The notes beneath the pieces are model-generated. The model worked only from the letters and a program-made list of their open reading frames with translations, made no database searches and was not told the DNA's origin. Shown here in pieces: positions 15,265 through 31,520 of a stretch of DNA of 64,000 nucleotides. Position 1 is the stretch's first letter, and each line of letters opens with the position of its first letter. A program made the translations under genes and the position numbers. The DNA lies in contig OZ218958.1 in assembly GCA_965112735.1 (NCBI GenBank), forward strand, positions 2,418,001-2,482,000. Reading direction: 5' to 3'. This DNA is from Phaeosaccion multiseriatum. Lineage: Eukaryota > Protista > Ochrophyta, other classes.

Positions 15265-16773
15265 CTTCCTCGAGAGCGCTCCCTTCCCCTACCCCGAGCG
15301 ACTCTGTCGTACAGACAGCAGCAAGAAGGGTAAGGAAGAGGGAAAATAGAGGCCACTCCGGTAGCCTCGAGCTACGAAAGCGTCTGCTACAGCAGTCGGG
15401 CACAGATGGCGGTGGGAAAGCCGAGGGATAGTAAGAAAGGCAGCGAATACAGACTGAGATCCTCAGAAGGAGATAGAGAGGAGCACGAGCGGAACGAGGG
15501 GGAGAGGGAGGGGGGGAGGGTGTCGGTATAAAGCGTGCGAAAGGGGAATTTAACGCCCTGTGAGTCGTAGACCTGAAGGGGGGAAAGAAAGAGTTCCAGC
15601 TCGCTTTTTTTACTTTTGTTTTTGTCGTCGGATTATCGTCGTCGCCCTCGCGTCATTGGAGGGAGGCGACAATACAAGAGATACAGACTATCGCAGACGA
15701 AGCGCTATGGCAGTCTCAGAGAAAACATTGTGGAATAGGGGTTGGGGGAGGAGAGTGGCGTTTGTGTGGCGAGAATTGGCAGCTGATAAAGCGAGGGTGC
15801 GTTTTCTTTAGTTTTGACCATCTCAGTCAGGAGGATTGGCGAGGGCGACTCCATCCTCGGAGATAGAGCTGGGGCAGCCATGTTTCTCTTCAATAGGAGT
15901 GTGCGGAGCTTTTGATGTGCCGTCCTTCCTGCGTGCCACAGTCACTTTGACTTTTCCCTCAAAGGGTGAGTACTCGCTCCCCCTTTCCTCTTAATGCTGG
16001 CCTTATCTACCGTTCTCAGGACCCGTCAGGCCATCATGCACTCTGTATGACACGCCTGGCAACTCCCGCACCACCGCTGTCTCCATGGGTCTTTGGTAGC
16101 GGGCCTCTCGCACGTGTTCTGCGTAGCTAAGTCGACGCAAAGGTGAGAGAGCAGGAGGCATGGAGAGGAGGCAAAACAACGACTTCCCTCCTGAGCTATT
16201 GGCGGCACAACAGGAATCGAAGGATCCAATGTGTAGGCTGAGAGATGCCCAAGTTTCAGCTTCCCCGCGAGCTTAAACCCATTTGGACAACAAAGGCCGG
16301 CCTGTCCACTCTCTCATTTGCCTGCTGTAAGCAAGGGCCCCTTTTGTGAGGTCATGAGCAGCCAATCCCACGCCCCGTCAGAGTATCGGTCTTGCTCAAT
16401 TGGTGTCATGGTAACTCCCCTGCCCCCTGTTACCGCGGGACGTGGGTGGTGGGACTATCGGGGGGGCTTCGGCATCTTCTCCGAGGTCACTGCACAAGGC
16501 AAGTAGGGAAGTATGGGGATGGAGAGGAAAGGGCTTGGAATCCTCCCGGCGGAGTCAAGGGCGGCACAAGTTGTATTGTGGAAACTTATGTGTGAGCTGT
16601 CAGAGGTCCAACTTTGAGCTTCAGCGAGCTCAACCAGACATGGGAAGTCACCTTTGTGCCCACCTCCCTCATCCCCCCCCCCTCGGCCGGGGGGCAATCT
16701 CCTGTTTCCTCTTTGGGCTGAAAAGCATGAGAGGGGGGGAGAGCACGGACAACAGGGAGCGGAGGGCTTTCGT

Positions 16774-21066
<4,293 letters not shown>

Positions 21067-21102
21067 GGAGGGGGGTGGAGAGGCGGTAGGAGGAGGAGGA
21101 GG

Positions 21103-21136
<34 letters not shown>

Positions 21137-21778
21137 GGATGAGGAGGAGGAGGAGGAGGAGGAGGGGGAGGAGGATGAGGAGGAGGAGGAGGAGCAGCAG
21201 CTGCGTGTCACAACGCCTCTGTACAGAGAGACACACAGGGCAGGTCAGACCAGGTCAGGGGGTTACCACGCCCCTCTGTGGAAGGACAAGCAAGACAGGG
21301 CATGTCAATGTCAAGCCAGGTAAGGTGAGGTGGTGCTGCTGAGTGCCTCCGTTGGTGAGCAAGACTTTACTATTACATACGTTCATGAAATCCCACTCTG
21401 CGATTAGAATGTTCGCAGAGCAATAGAGAGGAAGTGGAAGAAAGGCATGGCAGTTAGACCAAGGCAGAGCACAGACGATTTTCAGTTTCAGTGACCTTAC
21501 CAACAACACCGAACACCATACATAGGGTGGATCTCACAGAAGGGGGTTCGATCGATTCATTTGGACGCACTGTTAATGCTCTACACGGTACGAGGGAGCG
21601 GCTCGGAGGCAGGAGGGAAGACCCTCTCCTTGGACCCAATCCAATCAACAGTACACCTCCTCTCGCGCTTCTTCAGAGGAGCGATGGTAGGCGTTCCACT
21701 ACTTCTCTCTCGCCTCCCACCACAGGCAGAGCAGCCTCACTCGCACGTGCAGCTTCTCAAGTCTTGGGTTGGCGATGC

Positions 21779-23878
21779 TCAGGGGTCAGCCCGGCTCCTC
21801 TTCCGCGATGGCCCTTCTTCCTCCTCTCTCTCGGTCTCGTTCTGCTCCAGCTCGAAGCCGTACTCTCCCATCAGCGTCTTCACCTCCCTCGACATGCCCT
21901 CCAAGCAGAAGAACTCCGCGGCCTGCAGAGCCTGCTTGGCTCGAACGTCGTCGAACAGCTTCACACGCTTCCTCTTCTTGCCGCCCCGGCCAGTGCCTTC
22001 AGCTCCCCCCCCTTCTCCTCGCCTACCGCTGCTGCTGCTGCTGCTGGTGGTGGTGCCCCCCTCTGTACCTCCCTCTCGCGGCCTTCTCGTCAGCAGCTCC
22101 TCCACACTGCCCGTCGTCACGAACTGCACCACAGCCTCAAAGCCCTCCTCCGTGAAGTCCACGCCATCATACTTCAGCTCTACACGCTTCATCTGCTTCT
22201 TGCCCTTCCCTGCCCCCTTCTCCTCCCCATCATCATCTTTATCAACCCCCTTGTAGCCGTGCTTCCTCGGGTCAAGCATATTCGGAAGAATGCCTGCCGC
22301 TGAGGCTTGGCCTGAGGAGGTCTTCACTCTCTCCTTCTCTCTCCCACTGACCCTCGCCGCCAGCCGCTCCATCAGAGGGATGCTCAAGACGTACTGCTTC
22401 TCGCCCTTCTCTCCACTGCGCGTATTCACCAGCCTAACCCGCACTGTGCTGTCAGCCTTCTCATCCTCAGCACCAGCCATCGTGGACAAGCAGTGCTCCG
22501 AAACGGTGTGAAGTCTGTCTGTGGCAGCGTTTCGCCGCTCCCGTTCCTTCCTGAAGAACGAGGTAATGACACCACCGAAGCGTGCCTTCCCTGCCGCTTT
22601 CATCACCTTCTCGTTAACGTCAGCGCCCATCTTCAGCAGGAATCGAGCCACCTTCTCGCGCGCCTCCTTATCTCCTGGTGATGTTGGAAAACTCTTCAAA
22701 GTCTGAGCTATCTTCCCTTCTCCAGGGCGCATGCACGATACCAAAGGACTTTCACCATCATCGGTGAGGGCATCGATCGCCGCTCCGCCCTCCACCAGGA
22801 GGTAGGCCATCTTGATGCTGCCCAGGGCGGCCGCGACATGCAGTGCGGTGATCGAATTCTTGTCCTTGGCATTGACAGAGGCATCGGCGCGTATCAGCTC
22901 GCTCACAACCTTCACGTGGCGTCTAAGGACCGCGAATAAGAGGGAAGTGCTACCACATACATCGACAGCATCAAGGGGGGCACCGCGGCGAATGAGCTCC
23001 TTCACACATCCCAGATGTCCATCCCAAGAGGCCAAGTGGAGCGGCGTGACCAAATCGTTGCGCGCTGCATCGACCTCGAGCCCTCTGCCCACAAGAATGG
23101 GGATGCACTGCTCGTTTCCGGTGTACGCGGCGAAGAGCAGGAGAGTGTGGCCAACTTCGTCCTTCACCTTCACATCTGCGCCCTTCTTGAGCAAGATAGA
23201 CAGAGCCTCGGCCCGCCCTGCTTTCGAGCCCTGCTCGTCACTCCCTCTGCAGCAACTCTGGGCAGCCGTGTCCCCATCCTGATCCTTCTCGAATACATTG
23301 GCCCCTGCCTTCAGCAACATCTTCACACTCGAAGGGCTCCCAAACTGAGCCGCACTGTGCAAGGCATAGCTCCCCTCCCATTTGGCTCCATGCTTAAGCA
23401 AGTACCACACTATCATGGGGTGGCCGGCGGAGGCAGCAAGGCCTAGAGGGGTCGCTCCATCATCACACTTGATGTTGACATCCGCACCCGCCTCCACTAG
23501 CCCCTTCACCAAGTCAAAGTGCCCCCTCCATGCAGCTTGGTGCAGAGCCGTCTCGCCGGGCTCATCTTCATCATCCTCACTGCTGAGTTTGGCGTCCAGG
23601 TTCAGTCCGCACTCCCCCAGCAGCTTCACCCCCTCCAGCATCCTCGAACCCTTCACCTCCGAACAGAGTGTCTCCTTGCTCTTCTCAGTACCGGCGAGGT
23701 AGTGCAGCGGACCATACCCCTTCTGCTTCAGCTCCTCGACATCGACGGTGCAGAGAACGGCCTTGAGCAAGAGCAGGAGGTCCTCCTTGCTGCTTCCCCA
23801 GCCTGAAGCCTCCAGCTCAGCTCTCTTGTCATACCACTCCTGCACCTTCCCGGCAATCCTCTCTCGCTCTGCACTCAT
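21779..23878 (-). CDS. Ankyrin-repeat/BTB-POZ-like protein, copy A3 (699 aa)
   Basis: Open ORF. Termini nearly identical to A1, ankyrin core strongly different. Confidence 0.88.
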   Translation of the reverse strand: MSAERERIAGKVQEWYDKRAELEASGWGSSKEDLLLLLKAVLCTVDVEELKQKGYGPLHYLAGTEKSKETLCSEVKGSRMLEGVKLLGECGLNLDAKLSSEDDEDEPGETALHQAAWRGHFDLVKGLVEAGADVNIKCDDGATPLGLAASAGHPMIVWYLLKHGAKWEGSYALHSAAQFGSPSSVKMLLKAGANVFEKDQDGDTAAQSCCRGSDEQGSKAGRAEALSILLKKGADVKVKDEVGHTLLLFAAYTGNEQCIPILVGRGLEVDAARNDLVTPLHLASWDGHLGCVKELIRRGAPLDAVDVCGSTSLLFAVLRRHVKVVSELIRADASVNAKDKNSITALHVAAALGSIKMAYLLVEGGAAIDALTDDGESPLVSCMRPGEGKIAQTLKSFPTSPGDKEAREKVARFLLKMGADVNEKVMKAAGKARFGGVITSFFRKERERRNAATDRLHTVSEHCLSTMAGAEDEKADSTVRVRLVNTRSGEKGEKQYVLSIPLMERLAARVSGREKERVKTSSGQASAAGILPNMLDPRKHGYKGVDKDDDGEEKGAGKGKKQMKRVELKYDGVDFTEEGFEAVVQFVTTGSVEELLTRRPREGGTEGGTTTSSSSSSGRRGEGGGAEGTGRGGKKRKRVKLFDDVRAKQALQAAEFFCLEGMSREVKTLMGEYGFELEQNETEREEEEGPSRKRSRADP

Positions 23879-25095
23879 CTTCCTCGAGAGCACACTCGCT
23901 CTTCCCCTACCCCGAGCGACTCTGTCGTACAGACAGCAGCAAGAAGGGTAAGGAAGAGGGAAACTAGACGCCACTCCGGTAGCCTCGAGCTACGAAAGCG
24001 TCTGCTTCAGCAGTCGGGCACAGATGGCGGTGGGAAAGCCGAGCGATAGGAAGAAAGGCAGCGAATACAGACTGAGATCCTCAGAAGGAGATAGAGAGGA
24101 GCACGAGCGGAACGAGGGGGAGAGGGAGGGGGAGAGGGAGGGGGGGAGGTGTCGGTATAATGCGTGCGAAAGGGGAATTTAACGCCCTGTGAGTCGTAGA
24201 CCTGAAGGGGGGAAAGAAAGAGTTCCAGCTCGCTTTTTTTACTTTTGTTTGTCGTCTTCGGATTATCGTCGTCGCCTTCGCGCCTCATTGGAGGGAGGAG
24301 ACGAATACAAGAGATACAGGCTATCGCAGACGAAGCGCTTTGGCAGTCTCAGCGAACACATTGTGGAATAGGGGTTGGGCTGCTGAGAGTGTGCTTGCGG
24401 CATTCCTGTGGCGAGAATTGGCGGCTGATAAAGCGAGGGTGCGTTTTCTTCAATTTTGACCATCTCAGTCAGGAGGATGGGCGAGCGCGACTCCATCGTC
24501 GGACATAGAGCTGGGGCAGCCATGTGTCTCCTCCGTAGGATTGTGCGGAGCTTTTGATGTGCCGTCCTTGCTCTGTCACGCCACAGTGACTTTGACTTTT
24601 CCCTCGAAGGGTGAGTACTCCGGCTTTGCTGATGTAGCAACGTGTAGATGCTGATGCTGGCCTTGTCTACCGTTCTCAGGGCCCGTCAGGTCATCATGCA
24701 CTCCGTATGACACGTCTGGCAACTCCCGCACCACCGCTGTCTCCATGGGGCTTTGGTAGCGGGCCTTTCGCACGTGTTCGGCGTAGAGCAAAGTCGACGC
24801 AAAGGTGAGAGAGCAGGAGCGAGGCATGGAGAGGAGGCCAAACGGAGGGCTTCCCTCCTGAGCTATTGGCGGCACAGCAGGAATCGAAGGATCAAAGGTG
24901 TAGGCTGACAGATGCCCAAGTTTCAGCTTCCGCGAGCGTAAACCCATTTGGACAACAATGGCGGGCCTGTCCACTCTCTCATTTCCCCCCGTCAGAGTAT
25001 CGGTCTTGCTCAATTGGCGTCATGGTAACCACCCTGTCCCTCAACCTCTACTCTAACTCTCGTCCACCTCTCCTCCGCGCCACTTTGGATCACAG

Positions 25096-26645
25096 GCGTG
25101 AAGCGAGCCAACGCCATGCTTCAGAGCATCCAAGGAGGCAAGGAGAGGGGAGGCGAGGAGGAGGGGGGGGGCGAGGGCCATCGCTGGGGATCATTCATGT
25201 ACGGCAAGATCAAGACCGCTCACGAGGAAGATGTGTGCCGCCTTATGGAGGCGAGAGCAAGGGTAAGGACCCTGCGCCTGAGCAGCGGGGAGGAGGTACC
25301 TGTCATGGCTGTGGAGCTAGGTAAGAGAGGGGAGGGGGGGGGGAAGGAGGGGTGGGCGACACTGCCTACTCTGCTAACATGGTCGGGCCTGCCTGTGCCA
25401 TGGGTCCATACCCCGTACATACAAACCGCTCCTACCACGCCTTCGTTGTCTGTGCCTTCCGTCTGGTGCCATATTAGCGATTCTTTTCGAGAGAGCCCTC
25501 CTTCCCTTTTCTGCCCTTCATTACGTGACAAAAGGCCCCCACTCTCTTCTCTCTTCTCCCTCCCTCCCTCCCTCCCTCCCTCCCTCCCTCCCTCCCTCCC
25601 TCCCTCCCTCCCTCCCTTCTCTCCTTGACTCCCTTCCTGGCGGTGGTGACCCATGTTCCTTCAACATGATTCATTGCCCCAACCCCAAACCCAAACTCAA
25701 CCCCCTTCTCCGTCCACTGCCATCCGCCGTCTTCAATCCCTCCCCCCCTCCCACCCACCATCGGCTGCCATCCCCCTCCCTCTGCCGCCTCCAAAAGTGG
25801 GAGACTGGTTTCTGCGGCGGCAGGTGCGTGCGTTTCCCCCCATCCTCCTCCATCCTCCCCTCCCTCCATATCGTATATCCACATACCCAATCCATCCACT
25901 GCCATCCAATGCATCTCATCCATCCACTGCCATCCAATCACTATGCTCCTCACTTCCCAGGTGCGCATCCTTGTGTCGACCCTTGTACGTGAGTGCATGC
26001 TCGCGGCTCATCACGAGACGACCGAAAGGGACGGGCTGAGCAAGGTGCCCCATGTGCTGAACGAAGGGCTCAAGAAGGCGCCGCTAGAGGTACCCGTGCC
26101 TCCCATGAGGCTGGACAGCGACGGGAAGAGAACGTGAGTATTTGAACAGAGTAGTGAGGTCTTTGGCAGAGCAGTAGTGAAGAGGTCACGCCCTTTAAGT
26201 GCCATCGATGCCTACCTAAAAGTAACGACCTGTCCGCCCCTCCTGGGGTGGCTTAGAAGAAGGGAGGGAGGTCGAGTAGTATAGTGAGAAGCAGGAAGGA
26301 AGAGCAGCCAAGCGCATCATCGATCCTACGCCAAACAAGAACGAGACGGGGGCATGTATGACGACATGAGACAGCAAGGGGGGGGGCTTGTGTGCTCTCT
26401 CGAGGGTTTCTCGTCCTCTCCCTCCCCTCTCACGGCTTTCCCGTCCACTGCCACCCCTCTCCCTCAGGGTACCCTCCCCGTACATGCCGGGCTCGGAAAC
26501 CGCTCTCCTGGACCTCCTTGGGGTGCCTCGAGATTGGATAGCGGCTCCTGCGCCATCCCTCGGCCTGGGCATGATGGGGGCCGGATACTCGGAGTGGGGA
26601 TCGGAGCTCAGTCCGTGGGGGCGTGAGGACGAGGGAGGAGGATGA
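25096..26645 (+). pseudogene. 5'-truncated TruA fragment (exons 6-9), unit S2
   Basis: Same deletion junction as S1 (~25042); lacks the catalytic exon. Confidence 0.88.
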
Positions 26646-26675
26646 GGAGGGGGGTGGAGAGGCGGTAGGAGGAGG

Positions 26676-26742
<67 letters not shown>

Positions 26743-27378
26743 GGAGGAGGAGGAGGAGGAGGAGGAGGAGGAGGAGGAGGAGGGGGAGGAGGATGAGGAG
26801 GAGGAGGAGGAGCAGCAGCTGCGTGTCACAACGCCCCTGTACCGACGAGAGACACACAGGGCAGGTCAGACCAGGTCAGGGGGTTACCACGCCCCTCTGT
26901 GGAAGGACAAGCAAGACAGGGCATGTCAAGGTCAAGCCAGGTAAGGTGAGGTGGTGCTGCTGAGTGCCTCCGTCGGTGAGCAAGACTTTACTATAACATA
27001 CGTTTATGAAATCCCACTCTGCGATGAGACACTTCGCAGAGTACAGAGAGGGATTGGAAGAAAGGCATGGCAGTTGGACCAAGGGAGAGCACAGACGGTT
27101 TTCAGTGTCAGTGACCTTATCAACAATACCGAACACCATACATAGGGCTCGATCGATCCATTTGGACGCACTTAATGCGCTACACGGTACGAGGGAGCGG
27201 CTCGGAGGCAGGAGGGAAGACCCCCCTCCTTGGACGCAATCCAATCAACGGTACACCTCCTCTCGCGCTTCTTCAGAGGAGCGATGGAAGGCGTTCCACT
27301 ACTTCTCTCTCGCCTCCCACCACAGGCAGGGCAGGCTCCTTCGCACGTGCAGCTTCTCAAGCCTTGGGTTGGCGATGC

Positions 27379-29457
27379 TCAGGGGTCAGCCCGGCTCCTC
27401 TTCCGCGATGGCCCTTCTTCTTGCTCCTTCTCAGTCTCGTTCTGCTCCAGCTCGAAGCCGTACTCTCCCATCAGCGTCTTCACCTCCCTCGACATGCCCT
27501 CCAAGCAGAAGAACTCCGCGGCCTGCAGAGCCTGCTTCGCTCGAACGTCGTCGAACAGCTTCACACGCTTCCTCTTCTTGCCGCCCCGATCAGTGCCTTC
27601 AGCCCCACCCCCTCCTCCTCCTCGTCTGCCGCTGCTGCTGCTGCTGCTCGCGCCCCCCTCTGTACCTCCCTCTCGCGGCCTTCTCGTCAGCAGCTCCTCC
27701 ACACTGCCCGTCGTCACGAACTGCACCACAGCCTCAAAGCCCTCCTCGGTAAAGTCCACGCCATCATACTTCAGCTCTACACGCTTCATCTCCTTCTTGC
27801 CTTTCCCTGCCCCCTTCTTCTCCCCATCATCATCTTCATCATCCCCCTTGTAGCCGTGCTTCCTCGGGTTAAGCATATTCGGAAGAATGCCTGCCGCTGA
27901 GGCTTGGCCTTTAAAGGACTGCGCTCTCTCGTCCTCTCCCCCACTGATCCTCGCCGCCAGCCGCTCCATCAGAGGGATGCTCAAGACGTACTGCTTCTCG
28001 CCCTTCTCTCCACTGCGCGTATTCACCAGCCTAACCCGCACTGTGCTGTCAGCCTTCTCATCCTCAGCACCAGCCATCATGGACGAGTTGTGCTCCGAAA
28101 CGGTGTGAAGTCTGTCTGTGGCAGCGTTGCGCCGCTCCCGTTCCTTCCTGAAGAAAGAGGTAATGACACCACCGAAGCGTGCCTTCCCTGCCGCTTTCAT
28201 CACCTTCTCGTTAACGTCAGCGCCCATCTTCAGCAGGAATCGAGCCACCTTCTCGCGCGCCTCCTTATCTCCTGGTGATGTTCGGAAAGTCCTCAGCGTC
28301 TGAGCTATCTTCCCTTCTCCAGGGCGCATGCACGATACCAAAGGACTTCTACCATCATCGGTGAGGGCATCGACCGCCGCTCCACCCTCCACCATTAGGT
28401 AGGCCATCTTGATGCTGCCCAGGGCGGCCGCGAGATGCAGTGCGGTGATTGAATCCTTGTCCTTGACATGAACAGAGGCATCGGCGCATATCAGCTCCCT
28501 CACAACCTTCACGTGGCCATTGAGGACCGCAAACCAGAGGCAAGTGCTACCATATACATCGACAGCATCAAGGGGGGCACCGCGGCGAATGAGCTCCTTC
28601 ACAAATCCCACTTGTCCAGAAAAAGAGGCTGCGTGGAGCGGCGTGCACAAATCGTTATTCCTTGCATCGACCTGCAGCCCTCTGCCCACAAGAATGGGGA
28701 TGCACTGCTCGTTTCCGAAGTACGCGGCGAGGTGCAGGAGAGTGTGGCCATCTTCGTCCTTCACCTTCACATCTGCGCCCTTCTTGAGCAAGATAGACAG
28801 AGCCTCGGCCCGCCCTGCGTTTGAGCCCTGATCGTCATTCCCTCTGCAGCAATTCTGGGCAGCCGTGTCCCCATCCGGTTCCCTCTCGAAAACATTGGCC
28901 CCTGCCTTCAGCAACATCTTCACACTCGAAGGGCTCCCAAACCGAGCCGCATCGTGCAAGGCGTAGGTCCCTTCCCATTTGGCTCCATGCTTAAGCAAGT
29001 ACCACACTATCATGGGGTGGCCGGCGTGAGCTGCAAGGCTCAGAGGTGTCCGTCCAGCATCACACTTGATGTTGACATCCGCACCCGCCTCCACTAACCC
29101 CTTCACCAAGTCAAAGTGCCCCCTGCGTGCAGCTCGGTGCAGAGCCGTCCTGGAACCCCCATCTCGCCTGGTGTCAACGCATAGTCCGCACTCCTCCAGC
29201 AGCTTCACCCCCTCCAGCATTCTCGGTCCCTTCACCTCCGAGCAGCGTGTCTCCTTGCTCTTCTCAGCATCCGCGAGGTAGTGCAGCGGACCATACCCCT
29301 TCTGCTTCAGCTCCTCGACATCGACGGTGCAGAGAACGGCCTTGAGCAAGAGCAGGAGGTCCTCCTTGCTGCTTCCCCAGCCTGAAGCCTCCAGCTCAGC
29401 TCTCTTGTCATACCACTCCTGCACCTTCCCGGCAATCCTCTCTCGCTCTGCACTCAT
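27379..29457 (-). CDS. Ankyrin-repeat/BTB-POZ-like protein, copy A4 (692 aa)
   Basis: Open ORF; carries the short loop variant VDTRRDGGS before repeat 2. Confidence 0.88.
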   Translation of the reverse strand: MSAERERIAGKVQEWYDKRAELEASGWGSSKEDLLLLLKAVLCTVDVEELKQKGYGPLHYLADAEKSKETRCSEVKGPRMLEGVKLLEECGLCVDTRRDGGSRTALHRAARRGHFDLVKGLVEAGADVNIKCDAGRTPLSLAAHAGHPMIVWYLLKHGAKWEGTYALHDAARFGSPSSVKMLLKAGANVFEREPDGDTAAQNCCRGNDDQGSNAGRAEALSILLKKGADVKVKDEDGHTLLHLAAYFGNEQCIPILVGRGLQVDARNNDLCTPLHAASFSGQVGFVKELIRRGAPLDAVDVYGSTCLWFAVLNGHVKVVRELICADASVHVKDKDSITALHLAAALGSIKMAYLMVEGGAAVDALTDDGRSPLVSCMRPGEGKIAQTLRTFRTSPGDKEAREKVARFLLKMGADVNEKVMKAAGKARFGGVITSFFRKERERRNAATDRLHTVSEHNSSMMAGAEDEKADSTVRVRLVNTRSGEKGEKQYVLSIPLMERLAARISGGEDERAQSFKGQASAAGILPNMLNPRKHGYKGDDEDDDGEKKGAGKGKKEMKRVELKYDGVDFTEEGFEAVVQFVTTGSVEELLTRRPREGGTEGGASSSSSSGRRGGGGGGAEGTDRGGKKRKRVKLFDDVRAKQALQAAEFFCLEGMSREVKTLMGEYGFELEQNETEKEQEEGPSRKRSRADP

Positions 29458-30623
29458 CTTCCTCGAGAGCACACTCGCTCTTCCCCTACCCCGAGCGACT
29501 CTGTCGTACAGACAAGAGAAAGAAGGGTAAGGAAGAGGGAAAATAGAGGCCACTCCGGTAGCCTCGAGCTACGAAAGCGTCTGCCACGCAGTCGGGCACA
29601 GATGGCGGTGGGAAAGCCGAGCGATAGGAAGAAAGGCAGCGAATACAGACTGAGAGCCTCAGAAGGAGATAGAGAGGAGCACGAGCGGAACGAGGGGGAG
29701 AGGGAGGGGGGAAGGGTGTCGGTATAAAGAGAGTGAAAGGGGAATTTAACGCCCTGTGAGTCGTAGAGGCCTTGAAGTGGGGCACAGCTCCCTTTTTTTA
29801 CTTTTGTTTGTCGTCGGATTATCGTCGTCGCCTTCACGTCATTGGAGGCAGGAGACGAATACAAGAGATACAGACTATCGCAGACGAAGCGCTATGGCAG
29901 TCTCAGAGAACACATTGTGGAATAAGGGTTGGGCTGCGAGAGTGTGCTCGCGGCGTTTGTGTGGCGAGAATTGGCAGCTGATTAAGGGAGGGTGCGTTTT
30001 CTTCAATTTTGATCATCTCAGTCAGGAGGATGAGCGAGCGCGACTCCATCGTCGGGAATAGGGCTGGGGCAGCCATGTGTCTCTTCCGTAGGATTGTGCG
30101 GAGCGTTTGATGTGCCGCCCTTGCTGTGTCACGCCACAGTCACTTTGACTTTTCCCTCAAAGGGTGAGTACTACTCCGGCTTTGCTGATGTAGCAACATG
30201 TAGATGCTGATGCTGGCCTTATCTACCGTTCTCAGGACCCGTCAGACCATCATGCACTCTGTATGACACGCCTGGCAACTCCCGCACCACCGCTGTCTCC
30301 ATGGGTCTTTGGTAGCGGGCCTCTCGCACGTGTTCTGCGTGGCTAAGTCGACGCAAAGGTGAGAGAGCAGGAGGCATGGAGAGGAGGCAAAACAACGACT
30401 TCCCTCCTGAGCTATTGGCGGCACAACAGGAATCGAAGGATCCAATGTGTAGGCTGACAGATGCCCAAGTTTCAGCTTCCCCGCGACATGGGAAATCACC
30501 TTTCTGCCCACCTCCCCCATCCCCCCCCACGGCGGCCGGGGGGGCAATCTCCTCTTTCCTCTTTGGGCTGCAAAGCATGAGAGGGGGGAAGAGCACGGAC
30601 AATAGGGAGCAGAGAGCTTTCGT

Positions 30624-31469
30624 ATAAGGGTGCTGTTCCTCATGGCGGCGCCTCGATACAAGTAGAGCAGAGGGAAACTCTGCAACTTTCACTCCTGCTC
30701 CAAGGCGACCACTCAGCGAGTCCACTCCGGCTCCAGAGCTGCTGCTGGTGCTGCTGCTGCTGCTGCCCAAGGGAACAATCCCTTATGCGGGTCTTTCTCC
30801 GCTGAACACCCACAGGACGGGACGGCTATACTGACGAGGACCTCCCACCGCGCCTTGATCGATCGGGGCAGAGCGACTGGTGGGATGGCGTGCGACGCTT
30901 CTGGAAAGAGGTGGGTGGGCGCTTACCAGACCCTCACTGCTGTGCATCATCCTTACGATATCATCCCTATTGTGGTCACGCCACTTCTTCCCCCCTCCAG
31001 CTTGTCGCTGGGGATCTGTTGCCCCCTCCATGGCTCACCAACGCCTCCTTCGACCTGAGCACCACCTCTCCCGCCCTGTGCACTACAATACCGAGCGTTG
31101 ACAGAATCAGCGGCGCAAGACTTGGTTTGTAACACTCGCCTACTTTGGCCCGAACTTCGTGGTAAGATGGACGAGCGGACGGCATCTCCAGGGGGGGTTC
31201 GTGTATCAGTAGTGGTGGGTGTGTATATGTGTATGTGTGTGTGTTGTGTGTGTGATGTTGATCGCGAGGAGTCTCCTCCTCCTCCTCCTCCTCCTCCTCC
31301 TGGTGCAGGGCTGGGACTGGAACAAAGACGGTCGGTCTGTGACTGGCGATGTGCAAAAGGGCCTCAGGAAGATCATCCCAAAGATGAGGGTTGAGGTTGC
31401 GGGACGGACAGATGCAAGGGTGAGCGCCTACGGCCAGGTGCGCTCGTGTGTGTGTGTGTGTGTATGTGT

Positions 31470-31520
<51 letters not shown>

